In this document: positions 18,327 through 28,443 of the stretch, piece after piece | How the letters are laid out: each line of letters starts with the position of its first letter | Numbering within the stretch: position 1 is the first letter of the stretch | Source: Dehalococcoidia bacterium | GTDB lineage: Bacteria; Chloroflexota; Dehalococcoidia; Lucifugimonadales; UBA1123 | Length of the DNA: 64,000 nt | NCBI GenBank assembly: GCA_034428835.1 | Contig: DAOUHG010000265.1 | Coordinates: 1,400-65,399 of the forward strand | Direction: 5' to 3' | Program-made: the position numbers and the translations under genes | Notes under the pieces: generated by a model | Databases searched by the model: none | Told to the model about the DNA's origin: nothing | Seen by the model: the letters and a program-made list of their open reading frames with translations, nothing else

Positions 18327-19655
18327 CTAACGGCTCGTATCTTCGAGTCTGTACGCCTCATCCAGCAGGTCGGTGACATACTTGACGTCTGCGGAAAGTC
18401 CTCGGTCGCCAATGCCGTACTGAAGCTGTAAGAGACACCCGGGGTTGGCAGTTGCAATAACGTCCGCGCCGGTGGTTTCGAAGTCATCCATCTTTGAGCC
18501 GAGCACTCTGAGCGAAAAGTCACGCTCTGTAATGGTGTACGTCCCGCCTGCGCCACAGCAGCGGCCGGCGCCGGGCAGCTCAACAAAGTCCACACCAGGT
18601 ATTGAGTTCAGTATCTGTCGCGGGGCGGACGTAATCCGCTGTGCGTTGCCGAGGTGGCATGAGTCCTGGTACGTGACCCTATAATCAAGTTCAGCGGTCG
18701 GTGGTGCGAACGGAAGGTCAACCAGGAACTCATGGATATCTTTAACTGTATGGACAAATCGCTTTGCCTTCTCCGCGTATTGGGTGTCGTCCTTAAGCAG
18801 ATGGTCGTACTCCTTCATTCTTGAACCACATCCGGCGGAGGCCACGACGACAGCATCTACGCCAGCACCAGAGAAGACGTCTATGTTGCGGCGAGCCATT
18901 GTTCTGGTGGCCTCAAGATCGCCTACGTGTGAGTGAATCGCCCCGCAGCAGACCTGTGCCTTCGGGACAACTACCTCGCATCCATTCCTATTCAGTACCC
19001 TGACAACGGCTTCCATCTCATGACCGCTGAACAGCGGCATTACACATCCAGAAAGTAAAGCGACCCTGGACCTGACAGTCCCTTCAGGATGCGACGTCTG
19101 ACCCTCTGCCCTGAAAAACCTTTCGGACACAACAGGCATAGAGGCTTCCATGTCAGCTATTGAACGTGAAAAGAGCTTCAGAATGCCTGTCTTTCGTACT
19201 AGCTTCTGTATTCCTGACCGCTGATAGACACGGGCGAGGGCCACAGAGAATTCGAGTGCTCCCTGATTCGGGATAATGTGGTTGAGGGCAAGTCCGGCGG
19301 CAAGCCTAGGGATTTTTCCGACCTGCCTCTTTCTCTCCACTTGTGCCATGGTGGCTTCTATCAGGCTACCGTATGGTACGCCTGAGGGACACGCTACCTC
19401 ACAGGCCCTGCATTGGATGCATAGGTCCCAGTGGCGCACTACGGAGTCGGTCATGCCGATTCTGCCCTCGTTCACAGCCTTCATCAACGCGATTCTGCCG
19501 CGAGGAGACTCGGTTTCAAGACCTGTCTCCAGATAGGTGGGGCAGGCCTGCAGGCAGAATCCGCAGTGAACGCACTTATACAGGTCCGCTTCTTCGGGAG
19601 CATCAGGCCCGGAAAATAGGAAAGAAGGGTCAATCACTGGTTTTAAATCGACCAT
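18327..19655 (-). CDS. glcF: Glycolate oxidase iron-sulfur subunit
   Basis: Motifs CVHCGFCLQACPTY and CIQCRACEVACPSG, plus two Cys-rich CCG-type regions. Confidence 0.8.
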   Translation of the reverse strand: MVDLKPVIDPSFLFSGPDAPEEADLYKCVHCGFCLQACPTYLETGLETESPRGRIALMKAVNEGRIGMTDSVVRHWDLCIQCRACEVACPSGVPYGSLIEATMAQVERKRQVGKIPRLAAGLALNHIIPNQGALEFSVALARVYQRSGIQKLVRKTGILKLFSRSIADMEASMPVVSERFFRAEGQTSHPEGTVRSRVALLSGCVMPLFSGHEMEAVVRVLNRNGCEVVVPKAQVCCGAIHSHVGDLEATRTMARRNIDVFSGAGVDAVVVASAGCGSRMKEYDHLLKDDTQYAEKAKRFVHTVKDIHEFLVDLPFAPPTAELDYRVTYQDSCHLGNAQRITSAPRQILNSIPGVDFVELPGAGRCCGAGGTYTITERDFSLRVLGSKMDDFETTGADVIATANPGCLLQLQYGIGDRGLSADVKYVTDLLDEAYRLEDTSR

Positions 19656-20980
19656 CAGAGACCTCCCACGAATCGGCCGGGGTTCATTATGTTATTGGGG
19701 TCGTACTGCGCCTTTAAACGTCGCATGAGTCTGATCCCGGAAGGTTCAGCGCCCCATATATTGACGCGGTCTTTCAGCGCGGTAGGGCACTGCTGGACAA
19801 CAACTGTGCCGGAAAGCAGACTTACTCCCTCACGCACATGTTTGACGATTCCGGCCAGCTCATCCATTTCAGCGGCGATCTCAGGGTCGAGCCAGATCGC
19901 TTCCACCGTTCCAAACCCCGGCTGTGAAAGAACGGCCACTTCCGAACGCCGCGTTGGAATTCCTTCAAACAGGCTGTGAACCTGCTCCACCTGGCCGGGA
20001 AGGACCGATACCCTCAGATTCAACGCAGGGGTTGAGTCAGGGTGCCATCCAAAGTCTGCTAGCAAGCGCCAAATCCGGCCCGCGCCTGGGCTGTCTGTCT
20101 GATCCATATCGATCGCCAGAAAACGTCTGCAAATGGCCGTCACCTCTTCCACCTGACGGTCCAATGTCCTCGGTCTCCCGCCCAGCCTGATCGCCACAAA
20201 TACTCCGGGTCTCTCATCAGCCCCGATTGCCTCAGCAACTGAACTGTTGAATCCGGTAATCGCCAGAGGTGTAACCTGCGAGTTGAACACGTCCAGAGCA
20301 CATTGAATAGCTCGGTCTACCGTTTGGAACCTGGCTAGGATTGTGCTCTCATACATGGAGACCGGAGTCAACTTGAAGCTGGCCTCAAGAATGAGTCCCA
20401 AGCTGCCTAAACCGCCGATGTGGAGCCTCGACATATCGTAGCCGCTGACGTTCTTGACGACTTGGCCTCCACTCTTGGTGATCCTCCCATCGGGTTGAAC
20501 CACTTTCATTCCAATCACAGTGTCCCTGAGATGTCCAAACTGCCACTTTGTGGGCCCGCTGGCACCTGTGGCCAATGTACCGCCTATTGTCGCCCTGCTA
20601 GGCAGGGGCGGGTCGATCGCTAGAAGCTGACCAGATTGCCCCAGAACCTCGGAAACCGTCTGAAGTGTGGCGCCTGCCTGAAAAGTGGCGGTCAGGTCCC
20701 CGGAGTTGTGGGCGACTACTCTGTTCAGGGAGGAGATATCTATGACAATACCTGGACGGTGAGGGACATTCCCCAAACAGATCCTGGTCCCGCCGCCCCA
20801 TGGAAACACGGCCACTCCATCACGGTTCGCGGCCGCGACCTCTTCACAAAGCAGTTCCACAGTTGCTGGTTTAACCACGGAGATTGGGGCGACTTCGTCA
20901 ATCATGTACGATGGATGTGCGGAGGAACTATAGGAAGCTCTTCCCACTGATTGATTACCGGATCGCTGTTGGAGACGCAT
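19655..20980 (-). CDS. glcE: Glycolate oxidase FAD-binding subunit
   Basis: FAD-binding PCMH-like region ...VAVFPWGGGTRI. The start is uncertain: ATG 20980 or ATG 20905. Track start 21145 would overlap glcD. Confidence 0.7.
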   Translation of the reverse strand: MRLQQRSGNQSVGRASYSSSAHPSYMIDEVAPISVVKPATVELLCEEVAAANRDGVAVFPWGGGTRICLGNVPHRPGIVIDISSLNRVVAHNSGDLTATFQAGATLQTVSEVLGQSGQLLAIDPPLPSRATIGGTLATGASGPTKWQFGHLRDTVIGMKVVQPDGRITKSGGQVVKNVSGYDMSRLHIGGLGSLGLILEASFKLTPVSMYESTILARFQTVDRAIQCALDVFNSQVTPLAITGFNSSVAEAIGADERPGVFVAIRLGGRPRTLDRQVEEVTAICRRFLAIDMDQTDSPGAGRIWRLLADFGWHPDSTPALNLRVSVLPGQVEQVHSLFEGIPTRRSEVAVLSQPGFGTVEAIWLDPEIAAEMDELAGIVKHVREGVSLLSGTVVVQQCPTALKDRVNIWGAEPSGIRLMRRLKAQYDPNNIMNPGRFVGGL

Positions 20981-20993
20981 TCGTGGAAACTGA

Positions 20994-22463
20994 CTAAATG
21001 TACGCGCCGGGTCCGACACGCTGAATTGCGCCAGACTGCAGGAGGTCGGCCGATGTTGAACCTGTCGGGAAGATCTTTCCAGGATTAAGCATGCTGTTGG
21101 TTGCAAAAGCAGGTCTGAGTCCAGCCATAGCTTCCATGTCGGCATCCGTGAACATCAGCGGCATGTATTCCTGTTTCTCCATTCCGATGCCATGTTCGCC
21201 GGAGAGGACACCACCGACTTCGACACAGAGCTCAAGGATCTCTCCGCCTATCTTCAGGGCGTTTTCTGTGTCGCCTGGCTTACGTTCGTCGAACAGCACA
21301 GAAGGGTGGAGATTGCCGTCGCCAGCGTGGAGAAGATTGGCGATCGGATAGCCTGTTCGCTCGGAAATGTCCTTGATTCTCGACAGAACTTCGACGAGTC
21401 GTGTCCTCGGTACAGTGCCATCGACAAGCAGATAGTTCGGGGCAAGTCTGCCGAGTGCACCTAGCACGCCTTTGCGACCGGACCACAGCCTGTCTCGTTG
21501 AGACTGTTCCGTGGCTGTCCTGATCTCCAGTGGATCGTAGAGATTGCAGACTTCTTCGACAGCCGCTACTTCCTCTTCGACGGCTTCCTGCAAGCCATCT
21601 ACTTCTACGAGCAACACCGCACCAGCACCCTCGGGATATCCCGCATGGACGGCAGCTTCGGCAGCGCTAATGCACAGGTCGTCCATCATCTCCAATGCTG
21701 CCGGTACTATTCCAGCGCCGATGATTCCCGACACTGCCGCGCTCGCGTCGTCTAATTCTTTGAATATCGCCAGTAATGTCTTGACCGCTTCAGGCTTCCT
21801 TAACAGACGGACCGCGACCTTCGTCACGATGGCCAGCGTGCCCTCCGAACCAATCAGAATCCCCCTGACATCGAACCCTAACGACTCCCTGTGAGTGCCA
21901 CCGACCCATTCGACGGTACCGTCGGCATATACGATCTCTAGTCCGAGGACGTGGTGAGTCGTCACCCCGTAAGCGAGACAGTGGGGTCCGCCGGAATTTT
22001 CCGCAACGTTTCCGCCGATAGTGCATGCCCTCTGGCTGGACGGGTCGGGAGCGTAGTAGAGACCGTACTGAGAGACATGCTCCGAGAGATCCAAATTGAT
22101 AACGCCAGGCTCAACAACAGCTACGCGGTTCTCAACGTCAACTTCCAGAATGCGAGTCATTCGTGTCAGAGGAAGCACAATGCCGCCCTGTGAAGCGACC
22201 GCGCCACCGCTCAGCCCAGTACCTGCCCCGCGAGCCACAATAGGGACACCATGTTTTGATGCAACTTTGACGCACGCCGACACCTCGTCGGTGCTATTCG
22301 GAAGAGCGACCACAGTTGGGAGAGACCGGTCCACCGACCCGTCGTATTCGAATACGATCAGGTCCTCCGGGCGGTAGATGACGTAGTCATCTCCGACAAC
22401 GGCCTGTAACTCTGCGACGATCGTGCTAATGTCCGGGGTCATACGTTTCGCTCCGGGGGACAA
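20994..22463 (-). CDS. glcD: Glycolate oxidase subunit GlcD (FAD-linked oxidase)
   Basis: 489 aa. Motif ARGAGTGLSGGA and an FAD-oxidase C-terminal domain. Confidence 0.85.
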   Translation of the reverse strand: MSPGAKRMTPDISTIVAELQAVVGDDYVIYRPEDLIVFEYDGSVDRSLPTVVALPNSTDEVSACVKVASKHGVPIVARGAGTGLSGGAVASQGGIVLPLTRMTRILEVDVENRVAVVEPGVINLDLSEHVSQYGLYYAPDPSSQRACTIGGNVAENSGGPHCLAYGVTTHHVLGLEIVYADGTVEWVGGTHRESLGFDVRGILIGSEGTLAIVTKVAVRLLRKPEAVKTLLAIFKELDDASAAVSGIIGAGIVPAALEMMDDLCISAAEAAVHAGYPEGAGAVLLVEVDGLQEAVEEEVAAVEEVCNLYDPLEIRTATEQSQRDRLWSGRKGVLGALGRLAPNYLLVDGTVPRTRLVEVLSRIKDISERTGYPIANLLHAGDGNLHPSVLFDERKPGDTENALKIGGEILELCVEVGGVLSGEHGIGMEKQEYMPLMFTDADMEAMAGLRPAFATNSMLNPGKIFPTGSTSADLLQSGAIQRVGPGAYI

Positions 22464-22512
22464 TGGTAGTTTATCCCCAATTCAGGCGCAACAGACTCCA
22501 GCGCTCGAGAAC

Positions 22513-24558
22513 TTAACGCAGATAGTCTGCCATCATGGTGTCGAGATCGTTCGTCGGAAGCTGGCAAGTATAGTTGCGGCAAACATAGGCTGTCGGTCGG
22601 CCGTCAATAGGCGTCCGTCCCAAGAACACGGGCCACTCGCCTGCCGGGCTATCTGAGTCAGATTTAGCTACCACGACCGCAGTAGGCTGGTACGCCGATG
22701 CCAGACGTCTCAGCATCGAGAGAGGAGAGCCTGCTTCCTGATCGGTTACGACCACGGCTTCTTTAGAGTCCGATAGATAGCCGTCCAGGGCGCACAGCCA
22801 GTGTCCTGCTCCAGTCGGGAACTGCTCCATGATGCCGCGCACGCCACGGAGCGACTGGGCCGCTATCGTTCTGAGGTCCGCGTCGCCCGTCATGACAGCC
22901 AGCCGATTAAGGACATCGGCCATCGCGGAGTGGCCGGACGGCAGAGCGTTGTCGGTAACGTCACGGGGCCGCACAATCAGGGCCTCCTGATCGCTCCCAG
23001 TGTCGTAAAACTGGCCCCCCTGAGAGTCCAGGAAGAGGTCGAGAGCGCTCCTGACCAGCTTCTCAGCCTCGATGAGCCACCTAGAGTCGCCATCAGCGCT
23101 GTGCAGCACCAACAGCCCGTCGATGAGCGCGGCGTAGTCGTCGAGGAAGCCGCGCGAACCGTTCTCGGAGTTGCTGTCCGTTCTTCGCAGCCTCCCGGCC
23201 TTCATCATCCGATCAAGCAAGTATGTGGCGTTGGTCTGGGCGACTTGCAGGTAGTCGTCTCGCTCAAATACAGCCGAGGCCTCGGCGATCGCCGCAAGCA
23301 TCAGACCGTTCCAGGACGTAATGATCTTTGTGTCCGTCATTGGCGGCACACGTAATGACCGCTCCTCGAAAAGCCTTTGGTTGGCAGTGTCAATAAGACT
23401 TTCGAGTTGGTCCGTAGTTAATGAGTGTCGTGCAGCAACGTCAGCGGGGACGGATGGCACGTTCAGTATGGACATGCCCTCGAAGTTGCCTGCGTTGGAA
23501 ACTCCGTAGTAGTCCGCGACGACTGCGGCATCGTCGGCTCCCAAGACGTCAATCAGATGCTCGGGTCTCCACACAAAGAACTTGCCCTCGACACCCTCAC
23601 TGTCGGCGTCTTGGGCCGAGTAGAAGCCACCCTCGGGCGAGGTCATCTCCCGGACAACATAGTTGATGATCCGCTCGGCTGTGCGGCGATACTGGCCGTT
23701 GGCCGTCACCTGGAAGGCGTGGGTATAGAGACGGGCGAGCAGTGCGTTGTCGTAAAGCATCTTCTCGAAGTGAGGCACAAGCCAGAATGCGTCAGTCGAG
23801 TACCGGTGGAATCCTCCGCCTATCTGGTCGTGGATTCCGCCGGACGCCATCTTGTCAAGAGTGAACTCCACCATCTCCAGCGCTAGCGGGATGCCGGTTC
23901 TTGCGTGGAAACGGAGCAAGAACTCGAGGGTGGTTGGCTGAGGAAACTTGGGCTGAAGTCCAAAGCCGCCGGATCGTTCGTCGAACTGAGGTAAGGCAGA
24001 ATCAAATGCGGCTCGGAGAATTGCTTCAGTCAGAGGCTCTTGTCCGGAATCAGCAGTGTATGCCTGCCTGAGACGTGCGACCAACTGCTGCCCACTATTG
24101 AGGACATCAGAGCGTCGTGACTGGTAAGCCTCAGAGATCGCCTCCAAGACACGGACGAAGGAAGGAAGCCCGCCCCTATCCTCTGGCGGAAAGTAGGTCC
24201 CTCCGTAGAATGGCTCGCCTTCCGTGGTCAGGAATACGGTCATCGGCCATCCGCCATGACCGGTCATTGCCTGTACTGCTGTCATGTAGACGGAGTCAAC
24301 ATCCGGGCGTTCTTCTCGATCAACCTTGATATTGACGAACATCCTGTTCATCCTGTCAGCGATGTCTTGGTCCTCGAACGACTCGCGCTCCATGACGTGG
24401 CACCAGTGGCATGACGAGTACCCTACACTCAACAGAATGGGAACGTCTCTATTGCGCGCGGACTCAAATGCTTCCGCGCCCCATGGGTGCCAATCCACCG
24501 GGTTCTCCGAATGTTGAAGGAGATATGGACTCGTCTCCTTCGCCAGTCTATTGGTCAT
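22513..24558 (-). CDS. Thioredoxin-domain protein of the DUF255/YyaL type (Trx-like N-domain plus six-hairpin glycosidase-like domain)
   Basis: 681 aa. N-terminus [25 protein letters not shown]...[19 protein letters not shown]. Confidence 0.8.
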   Translation of the reverse strand: MTNRLAKETSPYLLQHSENPVDWHPWGAEAFESARNRDVPILLSVGYSSCHWCHVMERESFEDQDIADRMNRMFVNIKVDREERPDVDSVYMTAVQAMTGHGGWPMTVFLTTEGEPFYGGTYFPPEDRGGLPSFVRVLEAISEAYQSRRSDVLNSGQQLVARLRQAYTADSGQEPLTEAILRAAFDSALPQFDERSGGFGLQPKFPQPTTLEFLLRFHARTGIPLALEMVEFTLDKMASGGIHDQIGGGFHRYSTDAFWLVPHFEKMLYDNALLARLYTHAFQVTANGQYRRTAERIINYVVREMTSPEGGFYSAQDADSEGVEGKFFVWRPEHLIDVLGADDAAVVADYYGVSNAGNFEGMSILNVPSVPADVAARHSLTTDQLESLIDTANQRLFEERSLRVPPMTDTKIITSWNGLMLAAIAEASAVFERDDYLQVAQTNATYLLDRMMKAGRLRRTDSNSENGSRGFLDDYAALIDGLLVLHSADGDSRWLIEAEKLVRSALDLFLDSQGGQFYDTGSDQEALIVRPRDVTDNALPSGHSAMADVLNRLAVMTGDADLRTIAAQSLRGVRGIMEQFPTGAGHWLCALDGYLSDSKEAVVVTDQEAGSPLSMLRRLASAYQPTAVVVAKSDSDSPAGEWPVFLGRTPIDGRPTAYVCRNYTCQLPTNDLDTMMADYLR

Positions 24559-24567
24559 GGCAGTGCG

Positions 24568-26052
24568 CTAGAGTCCCGTGACATCAAGGGTGGTGATCTG
24601 CATTGAACCCATATCGGCTACCCGGATGGCGTGATTGTTGGTGTCGGCTATGTAGAACTTGGCATTGAATGCGCTTATTCCAGCCGGCTCGAAGAACGAG
24701 GCTACGCCGGCGGCACCATCTTCGTGCCCGCTAGCCCCGGATCCGAACACCGATTGGCAGGCTCCGGAGACAGGTTCCAGTCGCTTAATCTTGTTGTTGT
24801 ACGTGTCTGCTATCCAAAGCGAGCCGTCGTAGAGTTCTACGCCTATAGGGTGCTGCAGCCTCACGTCTTTGCCTATTCCGTCTACATCCCCGAACGTAAA
24901 CAGATCGAGACCCACTATTGAGCTCACACTGCCCATAGGATCGACGGTCGCCGATCGTATGGAACTGGTCTCACTGTCAGCGAAGAGAAGTGTATGGCCA
25001 TCGCTCGCGATTCCACTGGGCTGCGCAAGCTCTGCCTGCGCCAGAGGGCCATCTTTGATGCGCTCCCTGCCATTGCCTGCATGGACAGACGTTTCTCTGG
25101 TGTTCAGATCAAGCTTCCAGAGTTGGTGGAAACCAGCCATCGCTATATATAGATGGTTATCTACTTTGACAACGTCCCACGGAGAACTGAGCGCTACGAA
25201 TCGTCCATTGCCACCCGGGTGGAATCCTCGAGATTGTAGACCAGTCCCCGCGAGTGTCATGACAGTTAGGGATTCCAGGTCGATCTGCCGAATCGCGTGA
25301 TTCTTGGTGTCCGCAACATACAGGTGGGGCCAGTCGAGGTCGCATCCCTGCGGATCGTAGAATCTGGCCTCATCGGCTGAGCCGTCTTTGAGTCCGCGCT
25401 CCCCGCCCCCTATGACTGCCTTGACACTACCGTCGAGACCTGTCCAAACGATTCTGTTGTGGTTCGAGTCAGAGATGAAGAGCCCATGTTCCGAGGCCAG
25501 GACCTTACCTGGGAATGACAGAGGTCTCTGCCACTCCTTGGAGCTCTCCAGAGCGAAGTCGAGGGGACGCCGGTCGATCTGGCCCGCACGGTCATACTCC
25601 TCGACCATCGTACCTAACAGATTGTCCAGCGCTTCTATCGGGAACTCACCCTCGTGCTTGCCAATGACTTTGCCGTCAGGGCCAATGAACATGAAGGTGG
25701 GCCAGGCGCGGACAGCGTACTGCTGCCAGACCATGAAGTCAGCATCGTTGATGACAGGGTGCTCGATCTCGTATCTGAGAATCGCGCGGCGGACGTTGTC
25801 CGTGGATTTCTCTGCATTGAACTTGGCAGAGTGGACGCCAACGACAGCCAGCTCACCCGCGTACTTTTGCTCCAGTTTCCGCAACTGCGGAAATACGTGC
25901 ATGCAGTTAATTCAACAGTACGTCCAGAAGTCGAGAATGAGTATCTTGCCATTGAAGTCGGCTAGTTGCAGCGGGCGCTCCGTGTTGAGCCAGTCCAGCG
26001 TGGGAGGGAAGTCTGGCGCGTTTACTGTGCCTGCGAACTTTCGTGGACTCAT
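24568..26052 (-). CDS. Thioredoxin-fold (redoxin) plus NHL-repeat beta-propeller protein; candidate selenoprotein with UGA (25912-25914) read as Sec
   Basis: Track ORFs 25912..26103 and 24568..25902 share one frame and are separated only by TGA. Read-through gives ...[27 protein letters not shown]... followed by NHL-like repeats ([50 protein letters not shown]). The likely start is ATG 26052; GTG 26103 is possible. Confidence 0.75.
25876..25893 (-). promoter_or_regulatory. SECIS-like hairpin downstream of the in-frame UGA
   Basis: The mRNA reads UGA-N18-UUUCCGC-AGUU-GCGGAAA: a perfect 7-bp stem and a 4-nt loop containing GU. The loop lies 26-29 nt after the UGA. Confidence 0.55.
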
Positions 26053-26105
26053 TTCATCAATCCCTGCTACTGAAGTACGACAGCAATGCGGCCCCGGGGC
26101 CACTG

Positions 26106-26777
26106 CTATTCAATGCTATTCATGGGCCACTGTTCGAGATTATACGCCATAGTCCAGAACATGTGCTCATACTGCACGCTTGTGAGGTAGGCAGCAGTCA
26201 TCCGGTCGCGCATGTCAGGTCCGGCAGTGTGTGCCAGGTCGTCCAGCAGGTCACTCCAAGCCCGGGTGCTTGCCTCGAGGATACCCTCAGAGTAAGTAGA
26301 CTGCCACATTCTGAAGACTGGATGATCCGGTTCACTCAGGATTTTTCCCACCTCGTGGTAGATACGAGGGCAGGGGAGCAGTGCTGCAACACCGCACGCC
26401 ATACCATCGACCCGCATGGCAACTTCCATATGATTCTGGTACGCGAGATTGGTAGGGGCTGGCCCACTGAGGGAAACTACGCCAGTTGTCACACCGAGGG
26501 CATCAAACAGTCTGCCATGGAGTGGACGCTCTACCGGCGTGGTGACTCTCTTAAGAAGTCGTCTAGCAGTCTCCGTGTCTGGAGCCGAAGACAGCGCGGC
26601 CGCAGCAGAGCGTCCAAAGCCCGCCAGATAGTGATAGTCCTGCAATATATAGAACCTGAACTTCTCTATCGGCAATGTGCCTGCTTCCAACTCTTCTAAG
26701 AATGGATGCCGCTTGATCGCGTTCCACACCGGGTTTGCAAGTTCCCAAAGATAGTCGCTGAAAGTCTGTTCACTCAT
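26106..26777 (-). CDS. tenA: TenA-family thiaminase II / aminopyrimidine aminohydrolase
   Basis: 223 aa. Sequence [46 protein letters not shown]. Confidence 0.8.
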   Translation of the reverse strand: MSEQTFSDYLWELANPVWNAIKRHPFLEELEAGTLPIEKFRFYILQDYHYLAGFGRSAAAALSSAPDTETARRLLKRVTTPVERPLHGRLFDALGVTTGVVSLSGPAPTNLAYQNHMEVAMRVDGMACGVAALLPCPRIYHEVGKILSEPDHPVFRMWQSTYSEGILEASTRAWSDLLDDLAHTAGPDMRDRMTAAYLTSVQYEHMFWTMAYNLEQWPMNSIE

Positions 26778-26841
26778 ATGTATGGTCCTAGGATTAACCC
26801 CGGTTGCTGACCTCAGAGTATGAGAAATTTCAAATGAGCCT

Positions 26842-26905
26842 CAATATCAATATCGCGATATATTGCAAGCTTGTGGTTTGCGGATCTATCGATGATTCAA
26901 TATTG
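26842..26905. promoter_or_regulatory. Cluster of CAATAT/ATATTG half-sites and palindromes upstream of tenA (putative operator)
   Basis: CAATAT is present twice (26842, 26848). Perfect 12-nt palindrome ATATCGCGATAT at 26850-26861, ATATTG at 26860-26865, ATCGAT at 26888-26893 and CAATATTG at 26898-26905. Confidence 0.3.
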
Positions 26906-26957
26906 CATCGACGAACTAGGCGGGGCGCGAAGTAGTCTTGCGAGGATGGAAAGAAAG

Positions 26958-27031
26958 CGTCCCTGGCAGGATTCGAACCCGCGACCCGCTGCTTAGAAGG
27001 CAGCCGCTCTATCCATCTGAGCTACAGGGAC
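26958..27031 (-). tRNA. tRNA-Arg (anticodon UCU); no encoded CCA
   Basis: The reverse complement folds as GTCCCTG-TA-GCTC-AGATGGATA-GAGC-G-GCTGC-CTTCTAA-GCAGC-GGGTC-GCGGG-TTCGAAT-CCTGC-CAGGGAC-G. Confidence 0.9.
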
Positions 27032-27328
27032 TCGATAGCACTCGCTCGAAAGTTTAGCACAGCAGCTTGGAAACTGGTCAAGGATGCGCTCTTTCAAGTG
27101 CCTTAAGGACTTACAGGCCTCGTCTCATGCTCGCCGATCAATTGTGGCGTCCAATAGGACAGAGCGCGAGGTTACCAGACACAATTGCTAAAGGACTAAG
27201 ATGCGTACTCCATGACGGGATCACTCCTAGCTGGCTCAGGAGCTCTGACATACCACTTCCATTGTCTACTTGCCGAGTGAGGAGTAGGGGAGTGGGAAGC
27301 CCACGATCCAGATGCGCCGGTCAACGGG

Positions 27329-27937
27329 TCAGATACCACCCTGGCGAACCGACGCGGTCGAGAACCATATTACAGTCAATGGCGCCTTCTTCAGGACGCG
27401 CGCGGAGGTAATTTCAGTCCCATGGACTCTTGCCTCGGTAGTCAGTCTACGCTGCAAAAGCTTTCCAACCGGACGACTCAGGACGCTCGCCGTGACGAGA
27501 CCCACCACGGCGCCGCGGACGCGAGGCCAGAAGCCACGCCCTTGGCCTGCAATGAGAGCGGCAACCCCGCCGAGCAACGCAGCGGCAACGAAATTTGTGC
27601 CGCAGTATGAAGACACAGCCAGATCCGAGTGACCCTCCTTCAATAGAAGCAGAGCGTCTTCGGCAGCATCCAACACTGCACTATCAGGTGCTTTCGCCCA
27701 GATAATGAAACCGGAGGGGAGGGAGTACCCGCCCAGCGGGGGCGCAGTGCCGCGTTCCAGCAGAACCGCAACGGTGGCGTGTTCCAAGGCGTGATTCTTG
27801 CGGACTCTGTCAATTCCTGCAATCGGCAAATCCAATTCCTCCCAGTCTGCTATGTGCTGTAGCGCGAACCTAGCACATATCTCTTTACTTCGACCACCAA
27901 GTGAAACATTAGTGTGCCCGCTGTGCCGCCCTAGCAA
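27329..27937 (-). CDS. Hypothetical protein with an HALEH motif and a hydrophobic C-terminal half
   Basis: ORF of 202 aa from TTG 27937. TTG 27829 (GGGAGG 8 nt upstream) would give 166 aa starting (M)PIAGIDRVRKNHALEHATV. I recognise no family with confidence. Confidence 0.5.
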   Translation of the reverse strand: MLGRHSGHTNVSLGGRSKEICARFALQHIADWEELDLPIAGIDRVRKNHALEHATVAVLLERGTAPPLGGYSLPSGFIIWAKAPDSAVLDAAEDALLLLKEGHSDLAVSSYCGTNFVAAALLGGVAALIAGQGRGFWPRVRGAVVGLVTASVLSRPVGKLLQRRLTTEARVHGTEITSARVLKKAPLTVIWFSTASVRQGGI

Positions 27938-28100
27938 CCAGCCAGATTAACCAACAGAGTGGACCCTCTGTCCGAGCCAAATGTATTGACACACAAAATA
28001 GCCGTATCATTAACTCCAATGTCCATGCTTCTGGGGTTTCAGGCCCTATAGAATCTATTTCAAGGTTATGGAATATTGTGGAAAAAGTATTGAAAACTTG

Positions 28101-28130
28101 TTGACAGTCTTGATGGGACAGGGCTAGGAT
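28101..28130 (+). promoter_or_regulatory. Putative sigma-70 promoter for the small HTH gene
   Basis: TTGACA (28101-28106), an 18-nt spacer, then TAGGAT (28125-28130). Confidence 0.4.
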
Positions 28131-28162
28131 AGTATCAAGATAAGTGAACAGGGAGGAATCAG

Positions 28163-28396
28163 ATGATGCGCAAGAAGACTAAGAAGATGATGGCCGTTGA
28201 AGAGAAGTTTCACCAACCCTTGGAGAAGATTCTTCCTGAGATGGTGACCGATCAGGGCCTCTCATCCACAGCCGATAAGCTGGGCGTAAGTAAGGCTACT
28301 CTGGGGTACTGGCTGCTGAAGCTGGGAATCAACGTCCGCAGAGTTGCTCTGGCACCAGGCGAGACCATTGAAATCAAGAGGGTAAGCCCGGTCTAG
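28163..28396 (+). CDS. Small (77 aa) helix-turn-helix protein, function unknown
   Basis: GGGAGG lies 6 nt before the ATG. Lys-rich N-terminus, then LSSTADKLGVSKATLGYWLLKLGI (HTH-like). An intrinsic terminator follows. Confidence 0.6.
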   Translation: MMRKKTKKMMAVEEKFHQPLEKILPEMVTDQGLSSTADKLGVSKATLGYWLLKLGINVRRVALAPGETIEIKRVSPV

Positions 28397-28443
28397 GTTT
28401 CCCCCCCAACAACCCAGACCATTCGGGACACTTACCGAAAGAC

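Noticed and set aside
17468-18595. 112-aa N-terminal extension of the SDR ORF
   Set aside because: The extension overlaps the 3' part of glcF and has no Rossmann or other motifs. ATG 18259 has a perfect AAGGAG SD and starts right before the TGxxxGIG motif.
25388-26152. 254-aa plus-strand ORF opposite the Trx/NHL gene (also 26043..26699 opposite tenA)
   Set aside because: It is a Ser/Pro/Arg-rich antisense shadow. The minus-strand frames carry clear family motifs.
26778-26957. TPP (THI-box) riboswitch upstream of tenA
   Set aside because: Only a weak CTGAGG resemblance is present. The conserved ACCUGAUCUGGAUAAUGCCAGCG-type P4/P5 element and the complementary stems are missing.
26958-27328. 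Genomic island or integration site at tRNA-Arg(UCU), and likewise at the other two tRNAs
   Set aside because: No integrase or recombinase gene is present, I could see no direct repeat of a tRNA 3' end, and the flanking genes are ordinary metabolic genes. The 300 nt upstream of the tRNA is simply non-coding.
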